This document shows positions 31,556 through 46,059 of a DNA stretch of 64,000 bases, piece by piece. Origin of the DNA: the human T2T-CHM13v2.0 reference genome, Homo sapiens. The notes under the pieces were generated by a model, which worked only from the letters and a program-made list of their open reading frames with translations, made no database searches and was not told the origin of the DNA. A program made the position numbers and the translations under genes. The stretch is taken from NCBI RefSeq assembly GCF_009914755.1, contig NC_060944.1; one strand, given 5' to 3'. Every line of letters starts with the position of its first letter. Position 1 is the first letter of the stretch.

Positions 31556-32337
31556 ATACTTAATTACCTAAATATCTTTAAAAATACAAAGTAAAAAAGT
31601 ATTACTATTAACCGTTCATAATATTCACAAATGGGTAGAGAAAGACTGCCATAAGGAACAAATGTTCAAAAGAAGAAACCTGAGAAAAGACATAGCTCCT
31701 GTACAAATGTCTCTAGTCCACTGCAGTTTAGGCAAAAAGGTGGGCAGTTAATACCAGAACCAGTGGAGGGGGACAAGACCCATGGCCACAACAGAACAAT
31801 GGTAGCAATAGATAATTATTCTCTTTCCAAGTGTTACTGAGGTAGGAGGCATGTGTGAGGATTTCATAGAGGCCGAGGTACTCTAGGATTACCTGCATAC
31901 CTGTATGAGGTCATATGTAAGATAAATTTCTAGAAATGCTGTATTAATTGCTGAGTCAGATGGTATGTGCCTCTAAAAGTGAAAGATTAATTTTAAAAGA
32001 CTTTAAAGGTGAAAGAGAAAAAGCATGACGTGTAGAATAAACATCATACTTCATAGGTAGAAGCAGAGTGGCAGAAATGAGGTAAGCTGGAGTTAGTCAA
32101 GATGGCTCAGTGTCACCAGGTAGTAGGTACAGAGACTGACATATAAGAAAACTCTCAGTGATTCCAGTTCGCCTTTGACCTTCCCATTAACCTTCCCCCA
32201 CTGCAACCTCCAGTCATATGCAATGTCCCCATCCTACCAGTTATCTAACTCCACAGGCATTGCTAGGGCCCACCTGTTCCCTCTATCCTGACCATAATAT
32301 TCTTCTTTCAGGTCACCTCTCACCTGAACCACTGTAA

Positions 32338-32963
<626 letters not shown>

Positions 32964-33249
32964 TAACCCTCCCAATTTATTACCATCCAAAGCTTTCCTA
33001 GACATTAGTTTAATATTTTATGTCTTTTTTTTAGTGTAAATATCTAATCTGCCATTTATATTCCTAAAGTGGCTATAAATTACCTTCTAGATCAAAAGAG
33101 CTATGTTTGACAATGATTTTTAAGCCCCGCTGTTTAGCAGGCTTTTAACATACAGTTTAAGATACTTCCTCCACAACATTTTCCCTGTTAATCATTTTCA
33201 ATCCAATCACATGATCTCCAAATCTACTTAATCCTCCTAACGTAAGCAT

Positions 33250-33790
33250 TCTTCATTCATTCACCCAACAAATACTTACTGAGCATCTATTGTCCAGCAC
33301 TGGTTTAGATCCTGGGGATAAAGTTCTTGCCCTCAATGAGGATTTCAGGCAGGGAAGGTACTGGGTGTGAAGGGAAGGCAGGGAGACAGCCAATCAAATT
33401 TATCTACAGTGGCTGGATGGTGATAAATGCTATAGAAAAAATAGAGAAGGATAGAGTGATTCCAGGGTATGGTAAGGTATCATTTTCAATTGAGGGTACC
33501 ATACAAGGCATCTTTGAAAGTTTAACTTTGGAGCAGAAACCTGAAGAAGGAGGGCAGTAGCCATTTGGCTATCTGGGAGAAGATGATTCCAGGCAGAGGG
33601 AACAAGAACAATGGCTCCAAAGCAGGAATATTTCTGGGCAGACTGAAGCATGGCCAGCAGACCAGTGTGATGAAGCAGTCAGTATGAGAGTGAGCACTAG
33701 GAGATGTGTACGTAAGAAACTTGTCTTATGACATTTTTGGTTTAGAGGATTGATATATAAAGCCACTAAACAGTTTTACTCAATTTTAAG
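33250..33790 (-). mobile_element. L2 3' end
   Basis: cattcattcacccaacaaatacttactgagcatcta...attccaggcagagggaacaag. Confidence 0.85.
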
Positions 33791-35923
33791 ACTCAAAGTT
33801 AAATAATGATCAAGGTAGACTACCCAAGATTACGCCTGCAGCAATCCATTACTGAAGCATAGGGAAGGTGCCCACCACAAGACAGAAAGTTCCAGAAGTT
33901 ACATTTGTGGGAAAATTCCCACGGGCTGGTGGTCCCCAGGCTTGTGAAGGAGGAGAGAGAGATGTTGCCATGGAGTTGCCTAAAGAAGTTGTACAGAACT
34001 TCCAGCATCACACATCATCAATGACTCTGCCTCCATTTCTTTCTCTCCTTCTAAAAATTTCTATTCAGCTTACTGGACAAAGTTTCTTAATAATGGAAAA
34101 TAATGTAAAAGACATGCTTTATTTAAACAGCTTACTAAGGCATATCTATTTCATCAAATGAAGGCTCTATTTACAATGACTGCTAGTGTGCTTTGTTTTC
34201 CGTATTAAGTTTAGCATTAAAAAAAGTTTTCCCAATTTAAATTTTAATATGTTTTGTAACTGCTTTTTAATAGTCTACTGTGAATATATGTCCATCATTA
34301 AATACACTAGATCATTTTTTAAAAGGTTTCCTATTCCACAGATCCCAGAGATAAGTGTAGTGTCACATATATTGTAACCTGAGAATATGGCTTGAATAAT
34401 TGGTATTCAAATTAGTTTTCTAGTTTTTCAAGTCAATCAAGTGTATGTTCTGCACTCAAACTAAAAGCTGACACTTTGACTCACCCTGCACATCATAGAG
34501 AGACACAACACAGGATACTCTTATGATCTCAATGGTCAACCTATAACAGATTCCTATCAGATGATCAAAGAAATCATCGAAGTTGTAGATTCAATGCAGA
34601 TTTTTAGATTAATCCAAAAAAGAATCATTTGATCAAAGACTTCAGCAATAAAAAACAAGGGAGGAGAAAATAATGTTTAATAGCAATGCGAAGACTAAAT
34701 ATAAAGACTTCTGCATTACAAAGTTGTGGTAATTAATGTAGCAAGAAACTTGTGAAAACTCAGAAGCATGCTATTTACCCAAGAAACATACTTTTTCCTT
34801 ACTTCATTGTTTTTTTCCAGTTTCCCTCTTCACTTTATGCAGTCCCACAAGCATCTCTAAAAGGTCACATGTTGCTTCTGCAGTTGCATTTCAGTCCTAT
34901 AAAAGAAGCAGCACATCATCACTTTATGAGAAAACATTTTAGGAGGCTGAGTTATCCAATCTCATCAGTCTCCCTTCCTAATTCATTCGCACTAGAACTA
35001 TACATAAACAGAAAAACCAGTGAGACAAAGGTGAAAAAGAGGTTATCAAAATACAAACTAGCAATTTGAAACTATTAAAATTCCTAGTAGAAATAAAGCA
35101 AACTCAATGGTCTCTGATAACAGATCAGAACAAAATCTGTAATTTTAACGCTCTTTCCACCAATGAGTTTCCATGTCTCTCTCCCAGCTAAGTTTGAGAC
35201 AGCTTGGCAGAAATAATACTAACAGATGTGTTGCTTTGTAACTTCAAGGATGTGCTATTTTCTGATGTTCTTCCATTCGGGTTTTCCTGGTGTGGATTCT
35301 AGAGGTACAAAAATGGCTCAGACTGTGAGTTCCAGGCCAAGGAACTGTTTTCATCTCTGTCTCTGACCATTATTACCCCTATTTCATCATGGGCACTTTC
35401 GGTAAATGAATGAGACAGTAACTATGTTTTCAACAGACAACCAGAGATGCTTCATGGGATCTTAAAATTACTTGGGAAACAGCTGTAAAACCACTACTTT
35501 TGAGTTCTTATTTCTTTCTTGAAGAATTATCTTTGATTGAGATGCCCATTAGCAGTAAAATGGTCCCAAAGCGAGTATACCAGAAGGTCTCAGAACTTCC
35601 AACAGACGTGTAGGCATTGTACACTAGACTCTAGTGTATCATGACTAGAGCATCATGACTACGAGCATCCATGAATGTACACATTTTTTTTGCCCCTCAA
35701 AAAAAAAAAAATCCCTCACCCAAGTGGCTTAACTTCTTAACACCAGCATCTTATGTCTTTAACATACACATATCTAGCTTTACACTGCATCAGGGATTGT
35801 TCTAAGATCTTTAAATACATTAATCCAATCCTTACAATGATGCTATGAGGTTGATTCTATATTCTAATCACCCAGATAAGGAAACTTGTTAGGTAAATTA
35901 CCTAAAGAAAAGCATTATGTTAA

Positions 35924-36205
35924 GGCCGGGTACGGTGGCTCACGCCTGTAATCCCAGCACTTTGGGAGGCCGAGACGGGCGGATCACGAAGTCAAGAGTT
36001 TGACACAGCCTGACCAACATGGTGAAACCCCGTCTCTACTAAAAATGGCCGGGCATGGTGGTGTGCGCCTGTAATCCCAGCTACTCAGGGGGCTGAGGCA
36101 GAAGACTTGAACCCAGGAAGCAGCAGTTGCAGTGAGCCGAGATCGCACCACTGCACTCCAGCCTGGGCAACAGAGCGAAACTCCGTCCAAAAAAAAAAAA
36201 AAAAA
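35924..36205 (+). mobile_element. AluS with shortened central linker
   Basis: actaaaaatggccgggc junction lacks most of the A-rich linker. Confidence 0.93.
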
Positions 36206-36513
<308 letters not shown>

Positions 36514-36742
36514 CTATGCTGCTGTTCATAGTCAGGGGTACCTGGGCAAATATAACTGTGCAGTAAGCTACAGTGTCATCCATCTATTTCACTTTTTCTG
36601 CTTCTGTCCTGGTATGCCTAAAGTAGCTCAATGTCTACTGAATTAGCTCTTGAAAATTTCTCCTTATTAATAATTTACTGAGAAACAACTTCTAATTCTC
36701 CCTACCTTAAACCTCATCTTTGCTTATTTTTTGAAAATTATC

Positions 36743-36829
36743 CTTTGGGAGGCTGAGAAAAAGGATTGCTTGAGGCCAGGAGTTCAAGACCAACCTGGGC
36801 ACCAGGGTGAGACCACAGTCTCTACAAAA
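36743..36829 (+). mobile_element. AluJ left-arm fragment split by an antisense Alu
   Basis: ctttgggaggctgag...ggattgcttgaggccaggagttcaagacc; resumes after 37140 as aaaaatagccagcatg. Confidence 0.75.
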
Positions 36830-36831
36830 GT

Positions 36832-37128
36832 ATTTTTGTTTTTTGTTTTTGAGAGAGAGTCTCACTCTGTCCCCAGGCTGGAGTGCAGCGGCACTATCTC
36901 GGCTCACTGCAACCTCCGCCTCCCAAGTCCAAGCATTTCTCCTGCCTCAGCCTCCTGAGTAGCTGGGACTACAGGCACGCGCCACCACACCCAGCTAATT
37001 TTTGTATTTTTAGTAGAGACGGGGTTTCACCATGTTGGCCAGATGGTCTCGATCTCTTGACCTCGTGATCCACCCACCTCAGCCTCCCAAAGTGCTGGGA
37101 TTACAGGCGTGAGCCACCATGCCCAGCC
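36832..37128 (-). mobile_element. AluSc-like
   Basis: gatggtctcgatctcttgacctcgtg; TSD ctacaaaagt. Confidence 0.93.
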
Positions 37129-37227
37129 TACAAAAGTTTTTTTTAGAAAAATAGCCAGCATGATAGATATTTTCCTATGCTTGCCAGATCCCTTCTAACT
37201 TTAAAATTGCAACACCCTTACTCAACC

Positions 37228-37400
37228 AAGGCATTAGAGTTCAGTTGATTGGTTGATTCAGATGATGCCAAAAGCTATGGGTTCAATCCACTATAAACCA
37301 GTTAGCTTTGTTTGCTTCACATCTACAGATTTTTAGTCTGGATGGCATATTTTGGATCATAAGAGGAAGCAGGTAGGAGTGTGGAAGACAACATTTGCTG
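37228..37400 (+). mobile_element. MamSINE1-like ancient tRNA-derived SINE
   Basis: Degenerate tRNA head (tcagttgattgg...gggttcaatcc B-box) followed by ccagttagctttg...acaga...tggatcataagagg...gagtgtgga, resembling the remembered MamSINE1 consensus. Confidence 0.55.
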
Positions 37401-38164
37401 GAGAAAAAAGTCTCCAAAAACAGCACTGACTGTGGGCCAGAAGCAACAGCCTCATTCATAAAAAAAAAGCTTCATAATAATTGGCAAAACACTTCTAGCT
37501 TTCTGAGTAAGACGCTCTTCTCAGATCATTTGCCAGAATATAGCCTCAAGCTCCTCCTTCGAAAAACAAAACAGATGAGATACAAATAAAAAATTAATGT
37601 TTTTCGTTTTTGCACAGGCTCTGCTTGACTGATCTGAATACAATTTTCTTATTCCTGACACCAAGGTCACTGACAATAAAAAAAAAATTGAAATGATTTT
37701 AGAAAGTATTACAAAAATCTCTAGGAGTGTAGCTTACAAAATCACCAGAAAAACTTGACTGCAATTCCATAAGTATGTCTTAGATTCTTTTACAATTCCT
37801 TTAAATTTTCATAAAACCAAAAAATTATTCCATCTCCAAATAGTTATTTTAAACAAGCTTTTTCAAATTAAATGAAGGAAACAATATCAGACCAATGTGG
37901 TCTGATAAATTTTAAAACAACCCAGACCCACTCAAGGTAGAAGCTTTACCAGTTTCAACAAATAAAAATGAAAAAGTAAAACTATATTCTTTAATTGTTA
38001 GTTTAGGGAGAAACCTCCTTGGGATCATCTGTTTTCATGTTTTCCTGTCCAGAGCTGGAAAGAACTTCCCAATGTACAAAGCACATGGGTTCCAACAGTC
38101 ACAAGGTAACTATGACAGCAAAGCCACAGTTATCTGTGAGATCACAGAAATTATATGATGTAAT

Positions 38165-39790
38165 TTTAAAAATTGAAAATTCATATAACATTAACCATTT
38201 TTAAATGTACAATTCAGTGGCATTTAGCACATTCACAGTATCATGCAACCATCACATTTACCATTACCTTACATTACTGATGAAATATTTTCATCACCCC
38301 AAAATGAACCTTGTACTCATTAAGCAGTCACTTCTATTCCTCCTCCTCCTCCTCCTCCAACTCCTGACAACCACTAATATGCTTTATGTCTCCATAAAAT
38401 TACCTCTTGTGGATATTCCCTAAAAATGCAATCAAACAATATGTGACCTTTTCGGTTGGCTTTCTTTCACTCTGCATAATGTTTCAAAGTTCATCTACAT
38501 TGCAGCATGCATCAGTACTTCATTCCAATTTATGGCTGAAAAATATTCCACTGTATATAGATGCACATCTTGCTCATCCATTCATTCATTGATAGACATT
38601 TGGGTTGTTTCCATCTTTTGGCTATTGTGAATAGTGTTGCCATGAACATGAGTGTACAAGTATTTGTCTGATACTTGTTTTCAATTACTGGACATATAAA
38701 CAGGAGTGGAATTGCTGGGTCATATGGTAATTCTATACGGAACTTTTTGAGGAACTACTACACTGTTTCCCACAGTGGCTTCAACATTTTACATTCCCAC
38801 CAGCAAAGTACAAGGTTCTAATTTCTCCACATTCTCATCAATGCTTATAATTTTGTTTTTGTTTTGTTTTTAAAGTATAGACATCTTAGTAGGTGTGAAA
38901 TGGTATATCATTGTGGCTTTGATTTGCATTTCCTTAATGACCAATGACCCAGGAAATCTTTTCATATGTTTCTTGGCCATTTGCATATCTTTACAAAATG
39001 TCTATTCAAGTCCCTTGCCCATATTTTAATTGGGTTATCTTTTCTGTTGTTCAGTTGTTAAGAGTTTTTCGTTTTGTTTTGTTTGTTTTTTAACAGATTT
39101 GCAGATATCTCCTCCCATTCTGCAGGTTGCCTTTCCACTTACTTGATAGCATCCTTTGCTGCAAAATTTTAACATTTGATGCCATCCAATTTGTCTATTT
39201 TTTCTTTCGTTGCTTGTGCTTTTGGTGTGTTTCTAAGAATCCATTACCAAATCCAAGGTCATGAAGATTTACCCTTATGTTTTCTTCTAAGAGTTTATAG
39301 TCTTACCTCTTATAATTAGTTATTTGGTCCATTTTGAGTTAATTTTAATATGTGTGGGGTCCAACTTCATTCTTTTGCATGTAGATAACCAGTTGTACCT
39401 GCACCATTTGTTAAAGAGATTGTCCTTTCCCCAGTGAATCATCTTGGCACTGTTCTCAAAGGTCACAGATGTACAGGTTTATTTCTGGACTCTCAGTTTT
39501 ATTCCACTGATCTATATGTCTATTCTTATGCTTATACCTATTTTGATTATTGTAGCTTTGTAGTATCTTTTGAAATTGGGAAGCATGAATACTCCAACTT
39601 TGTTTTTCTTTTTCAAGATTGTTTTGACTATTCAGGGTCCCTTGCAATTCTATATGAATTTTAGGATCAGCTTTCCTATTTCTGCAAAAATAGGTACTGG
39701 AATTTTGGTCAAGATTGCACTGAATCTTTACATCACTTTGAGTAGTATTGCCATCTTTAAGTATTCTAATCCATGGATGTCTTTCCATTC
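38165..39790 (-). mobile_element. L1MB-type 3' end plus ORF2 remnant
   Basis: tgtacaattcagtggcatttagcacattcaca 3' UTR; antisense [18 protein letters not shown]; perfect TSD tatgatgtaattttaa at 38154-38169 and 39791-39806. Confidence 0.9.
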
Positions 39791-40684
39791 TATGATGTAA
39801 TTTTAAGGTTATTTTAAAATGTCCTTGATAAGGTGATACACTAACTTCTTTAGCTGTCTGTATCGCTATGGTAATTTACTAATATCCTGGAGTATGTCAC
39901 AAATATGAAGTTTATACTTGCCATTGGTAATCCAAAATTCATACTCCAGAGAATGAAGGTAAATTATGTAACGTCTGTTTTGTTTGCTTTGGGCTATGGA
40001 AAAGGTCAGAACTTAAGGATTTTCATTTTCCTGATTTATAATTAAGTTTCATTATCTTCAGTTCCCAGTAGAGGAACAGAGATGCACGAAGCTTATTTGT
40101 TCACTGATAAGAGTTAAGTTGTTTAACAGACTTCGCAGAACAGTATCAGGAACTCTTTTTCATGTAGTTCAAATCCCCCCAAATTGATTATGTCACATTA
40201 GCTACTTCGCCAAAGATTTTGCTCACAGAAGCTTGAGAGTCAGAGCTTAAAGTATCAACTGTAGTTGGACAGGGTGTCGGTTGGAGAGGAAGGGTTTTAC
40301 AAGTCTTTAAAAATTTTTGGCTAAAGTCTGTGAGAGAACAATCACTTGATATTATAAAGGTAACTTGAGCTGGATACAATCTGTTTTTTGCTCACACATC
40401 AAAATTAGAACTGAAGATAACACAATAACCCAGGAAAAATCACTGTGGAGTTTTCTAAGACTCGCAATTGCAAGGAAAGTATATATTCCCCTAAAATAAA
40501 TACTGGTTCATTTGAAACCAGTAGATTATGAGTCTGAGTGAGGGGCAGTGATTGCCTCAGTAGTGATGTTTGGTGTCAACTTTTCAAAGTTTCAGTTTGC
40601 ACCTCCTGTCAATGTATAAGCTACATGAAACTCATAGTCCAAGGTGATCCAGCAACATCAGAAAGGATCTTAAGAATCAAACTG

Positions 40685-40989
<305 letters not shown>

Positions 40990-42619
40990 TCAAACTGTTT
41001 ATAAATACCTTCAGTCAGAAAATACCATCTGTTGAAATAAACCAGCACCAAATCGCAGGAAAAAGAAATCCAATTCCATATATTTTGCGATCTATAATGA
41101 AACTAAAAGCAATAAAAATATCATCTGGCAGGTGCTCAGGGTCAGTGCTTTGGCAGAGCATGTTAGCTAACGTAAAATTTGAATTTCTGAGTCAATGTTT
41201 ATTTTTTGTTTTCACCAGGAAGTTTAAGTTGAAGAGGGCAAGGGAAAAAAAAATAGGCCCAGGCAAGAAATGGGGCCCAGAAGGTAACCAGGTAAAAACC
41301 TGATGCAGTGACGCAAAAGATAGACAACAGTCCAGTGATGACGAGAACTGGGTTAGGATAGACATAGGGTGGACTCCTGCTGGCTGAGTCTGATGCCAAG
41401 CAATCAGCACAGTGAGCAAGGCTGGTCAGCATAACATCCGTAGGAGACTCACTCTCATGGCATGAGTTTTGCCACAAATTCTTCCAGAACTGGAAAGCCC
41501 TTCTAACATGGCAGATGGAGAGGACTTCCTATTCTTTGGTCTTACCACTGCCTGATGAGGGTCCTATCTTTAGGGCTCACACAATTTCCCATCTTCTAAA
41601 AGTGTCTTCAACACGCTAACTGAATGACTGTACTTCTCCCTCTCCATTTCTTCAGCTCTAGTTGCACTCAGTTAACCTGAACTCTGTGTGAAGATTCAGA
41701 GGACAGAAGAAATACAAAAAATAAAAATAAATTTATAAAAACACTAAACAAACAAAGATTCAGAGGATGGGTTGGATACAGAGGCAGTGTCCGAAGAAAC
41801 AGGATAAAGGCCACATTCTCTTTGGTTGGTGGTGGCATAGAGGAAAATGAACTCTACAAGGAATGAGATAGGAGAGGAGATGCTGTGCCCTGTCTGTCAC
41901 AGAAAGAGGCATCCTGGGCCCCTCAAACCCAGAGCTGAGAATTCCTGTTCTTAGGGAGTATGCTCAATACCTGAATGTATGATAGCCACTTGAGTCTGTG
42001 GGATTTTTTTTGTTTTCCAGTTATCAAGTATGTCCCCCAACCCCACCCTTAAAAGTCTGTTTTTCTTTTTCTTTTTTTAAATGTAGCTCATGTTGGAAAA
42101 GCAGTCAGGGAAGTACTTTAAGAGTATATCCTAGTACTCCTTAGCCTGAAGCCTCTGTAAAAGGGAGCCCAGATAAGGCACTTTGGGAAATTTGCTGCAA
42201 GGCTGCTGGGGAGAGGAAGCGCCCTGCCTCACTCTCAGTATAGTCAAGGCTCAGCGTTTTGAATAACCTCTCTGTCTCAAAACAACTGCTGTGATTTGAT
42301 CCAATGTGGTAGTAGCTCTCTGGGTCTCTAATTGGGTTCCCCGAGCTCTCTCAATGCTTAGCTCTTTTTTTCTTTCTGTAAAGGGAGTTTTCAGTTAATT
42401 TGCAGGCCTGCCGTTCTGTGCCCAAGAGCTGAACTCTTGAGGCGTCCGCCTGGGACTTGGCGGGCTCACTTTAGTTTTGTTTTCTGTTCTCTTTGTGGTG
42501 GTCTTAGTTATAAGCGCCTGGAAACATGCCCTTAACTGCAGGGCAAGTGCTTGCTTCACAAGCCCTGCTAGACAGGAAAAAGGAGGAAGAAAGCACACTG
42601 GGGTTTATGACATAGCTAC

Positions 42620-43140
42620 AAACTATCCTCAATTTTTAAATAGCCAAAACCTGGACACATCCTACATACCTATCAGCATAAGAATAGATTTTAAAAATTG
42701 TGATATTCACACAATAGAATACTACTCAGCAAGAAAAAGGAGTATGTTTCTAACACACATCATGGATAAATCTCAAAAGCATGGTGAGCAAGATAAGTTA
42801 GATATAAAATAAAATGTGGAGTTCTAGAAAAGACAAAATTTCTGGTGGTAAAAATCACAATAGAAATTACCTTTGAATGGTGAAGACAGACAAGACAGCA
42901 TGAGGAAGGAACTTTTCTAGAGTGGCAAAAATGTTCTGTATACTGATTGGGAGTGGTGTTTACATGAGTATAAACATTTGACAAAAAGTTTACCAGGCAA
43001 GGTGGGGTGTACTTGTAGTCCCAGTTGCTTGGGAGGCTGAAGCAGGACGACTGCTAGAGCCCAGGAGTTCAAGGTCAGCCTGGACAACATAGCAAGACCC
43101 TATCTCTTACAAAAGAAACAAACTTATTCAACTATATACT
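42620..43140 (+). mobile_element. L1ME-type 3' end containing an Alu monomer (42992-43115)
   Basis: aatagccaaaacctgga, cacaatagaatactactcagca, catggataaatctca; FLAM_A-like insert. Confidence 0.75.
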
Positions 43141-43398
43141 TTTTTAAAATGACACAAACATTTTTGTAACATTTTTTAATGGCACGAAGTCAGTTTTCCA
43201 TCATGTTGCATCTACGTGGCTAATATTTTGAGAAAAAGGTATATTTTTAAAGTATTTGATACACTCAAATATACCTCTTTAAACAAACATAAATCTCTTC
43301 AAAGTAGTATATAAATTTATATTGAGTTCAATTAATTCTTAAGACTGAATTACACAGAGAATTCTCTCAAATTTCTCTTGCCCTACCCTCCATGTTAA

Positions 43399-43698
43399 TT
43401 TTTTTTTCTTTTTTTTTGAGACAGAGTCTCGCTCTGTCGCCCAGGTTGGAGTGCAGTGGTGTGATCTCCGTTCACTGCAAGCTCCGCCTCCCGGGTTCAT
43501 GCCATTCTCCTGCCTCAGCCTCCTGAGTAGCTGGGACTACAGGCGCCCGCTACCATGCCTGGCTAATTTTTTGTATTTTTAGTAGAGACGGGGTTTCACC
43601 ATGTTAGCCAGGATGGTCTCGATCTCCTGACCTCGTGATCTGCCCGCCTCGGCCTCCCAAAGTGCTGAGATTACAGGCGTGAGCCACCACGCCCGGCC
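43399..43698 (-). mobile_element. AluY
   Basis: Y diagnostics; TSD ccctccatgt. Confidence 0.95.
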
Positions 43699-43870
43699 CC
43701 CTCCATGTCAAATATTTTAAGCATGTTTTAAATGCAGAAAGTATAGTGTAGGGGATGGAAAGATTAATTTAAGTGTGGAAAAAAAAACTCCCCTGATTAC
43801 AAGAGCAATACACTTTCAATAAAAGCAAACTGTAAAATACAAAGAAGTAGAGAAGATTATAGCTAGGGGA

Positions 43871-44168
43871 GGCTGGGTGTGGTGGCTCACGCCTGGGATT
43901 GTACACTTTGGGAGGTCGAGGTGGGCAGATCACTTGAGGCCAGGAATTCGAGACTAGCCTGGCCAACATGGTGAAACTACATCTCTACTAAAAATACAAA
44001 AATTAGCTGGGTGTTGGGGGTAACACTTGTAGTCCCAGCTACTCGGGAAGCTGGGGCAGGAGAACTGCTTGAACTAGGGAGGCAGAGGTTGCAGTGAGCA
44101 GAGATTGTGCCACTGTAACTCCAGCCTGGGTGACAGAGAGAGACCCTGTCTTGAAGAAAAAAAAAAAA
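43871..44168 (+). mobile_element. AluS/J (Sz-like)
   Basis: Full dimer; TSD aagattatag. Confidence 0.93.
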
Positions 44169-44539
44169 GATTATAGTTGGGGGAAAGCTCATGTAAGCCA
44201 AAACTATCCACTACCAAAAGATAAGCACTGTCAACATTCTGATGCACATGCACAATTTTAACCATACTGGGATCATACTGCACATATTGGTATTTTTTCT
44301 CACTTAAATATAGGTCTGATAAACATCTCTCATGTTATTGAGCATTCTTTGCATCTTTTATTACTACTGAGGTTAAATCTTTTCATGTGATTAGCGGCCA
44401 TTCATATTTCTTTGTGGAACAGCTTGGCAATTTAGAAAATAATGCCAATATTTTCCTGAATATACTTATTGTAGATATATGGAAAATACAGAAGAGTATA
44501 AGACTATAGAGGAAAAAATTCACATAATTCAAATCATAG

Positions 44540-44886
<347 letters not shown>

Positions 44887-46059
44887 GTTTATTTTATAAC
44901 ATCTTTGTAAATAAACTATTGTCTTCACCCATGATTACTTCCTTGGGATGGACTGCCAGAATTTGAATCCTGGGTCAACGAGTATGAAAGTTTTAAAGGC
45001 CCATATTGCCAAACTGCACTGAGTATTGTACAACTTTGCATTCCACAAGAAGTATATAAGAATGTCTATACTTTTACATCCTTGTTAGCATTAAATTCTC
45101 TTTCTCATATATAATCCTCACCCCTTATATACTCCCCACCACAACCCCCGCTCCACACATACACACAAAAACACACTTCACTAATTTGATACATGAAAAA
45201 CAGTATCTTACAACTTTAAATGCATTTTTTTTTTAACTAACAGAATGAAGTAGTTTTTCATCTGGTTAAACCACCTCAAGTTCCTCTTCTGTAAATAGAC
45301 AGCTAAATTCCTTGAATGTCTGATACTTTTCAGAAGTAACCAAAAAGTATTTGAGGACTTCTTGTTCATCATAAATAATGATTAACTTAGAATGTACTTC
45401 TCCCCTCTCTTAAAATGACCAATATAAAAGACTACTTATTAAAAGAATATATATTATAAAAATACAAGAGTAATAAGTTCACAGCAGCACAGGATAAACA
45501 GGAAAGACACCATCAGAATAGCATGAGGACTTCTGGGCCAAAGGGAGGGGAAATGCCATCAGGACTGACTGAATGACAGCAATACTAAGACGTAAAGGAA
45601 ATTTCAATTTGAACCAAGCAAAAGAAGGAAACTCTAAAACTGTGAATATAACCATAGAACCCTAGGGGGGAACAAACTCAAATTCAGAGATAAGTGAAGC
45701 TGGATGTAGAAGTAGAAGTGAGCCCAGGACTGTCAGGAGAATAATTAGAGGCCTATGGAACAGCTGCATCCTCCAGTGTTCTCAGAAAGGCTAAGGTGTG
45801 AGAACAGCTCTCTGTAATAAAGTGGAGGATCAGCTGTGGGGGAACCACCCACACAGGTGCTGGGACTACAGAATGAAGAAACAGCACCACAAATGACAAT
45901 GCACACACCCACCCAGAAGGCAGCTGACTGAATCCCTGGACGTATATCCCTGGTACTTAGCAGGACCAGCACTCCTGTACTCTGAATTTACTTCTGGAAG
46001 AATAATTCCCACTTGTGCTGAGAGAACCCACTACAGTTACCACTCGGATCACACAAAGA

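Noticed and set aside
33820-33990. Possible minus-strand coding exon after cttctttag
   Set aside because: Short pyrimidine tract, unrecognised translation and no good donor.
37228-37300. tRNA gene
   Set aside because: No intact cloverleaf; better explained as a decayed SINE head.
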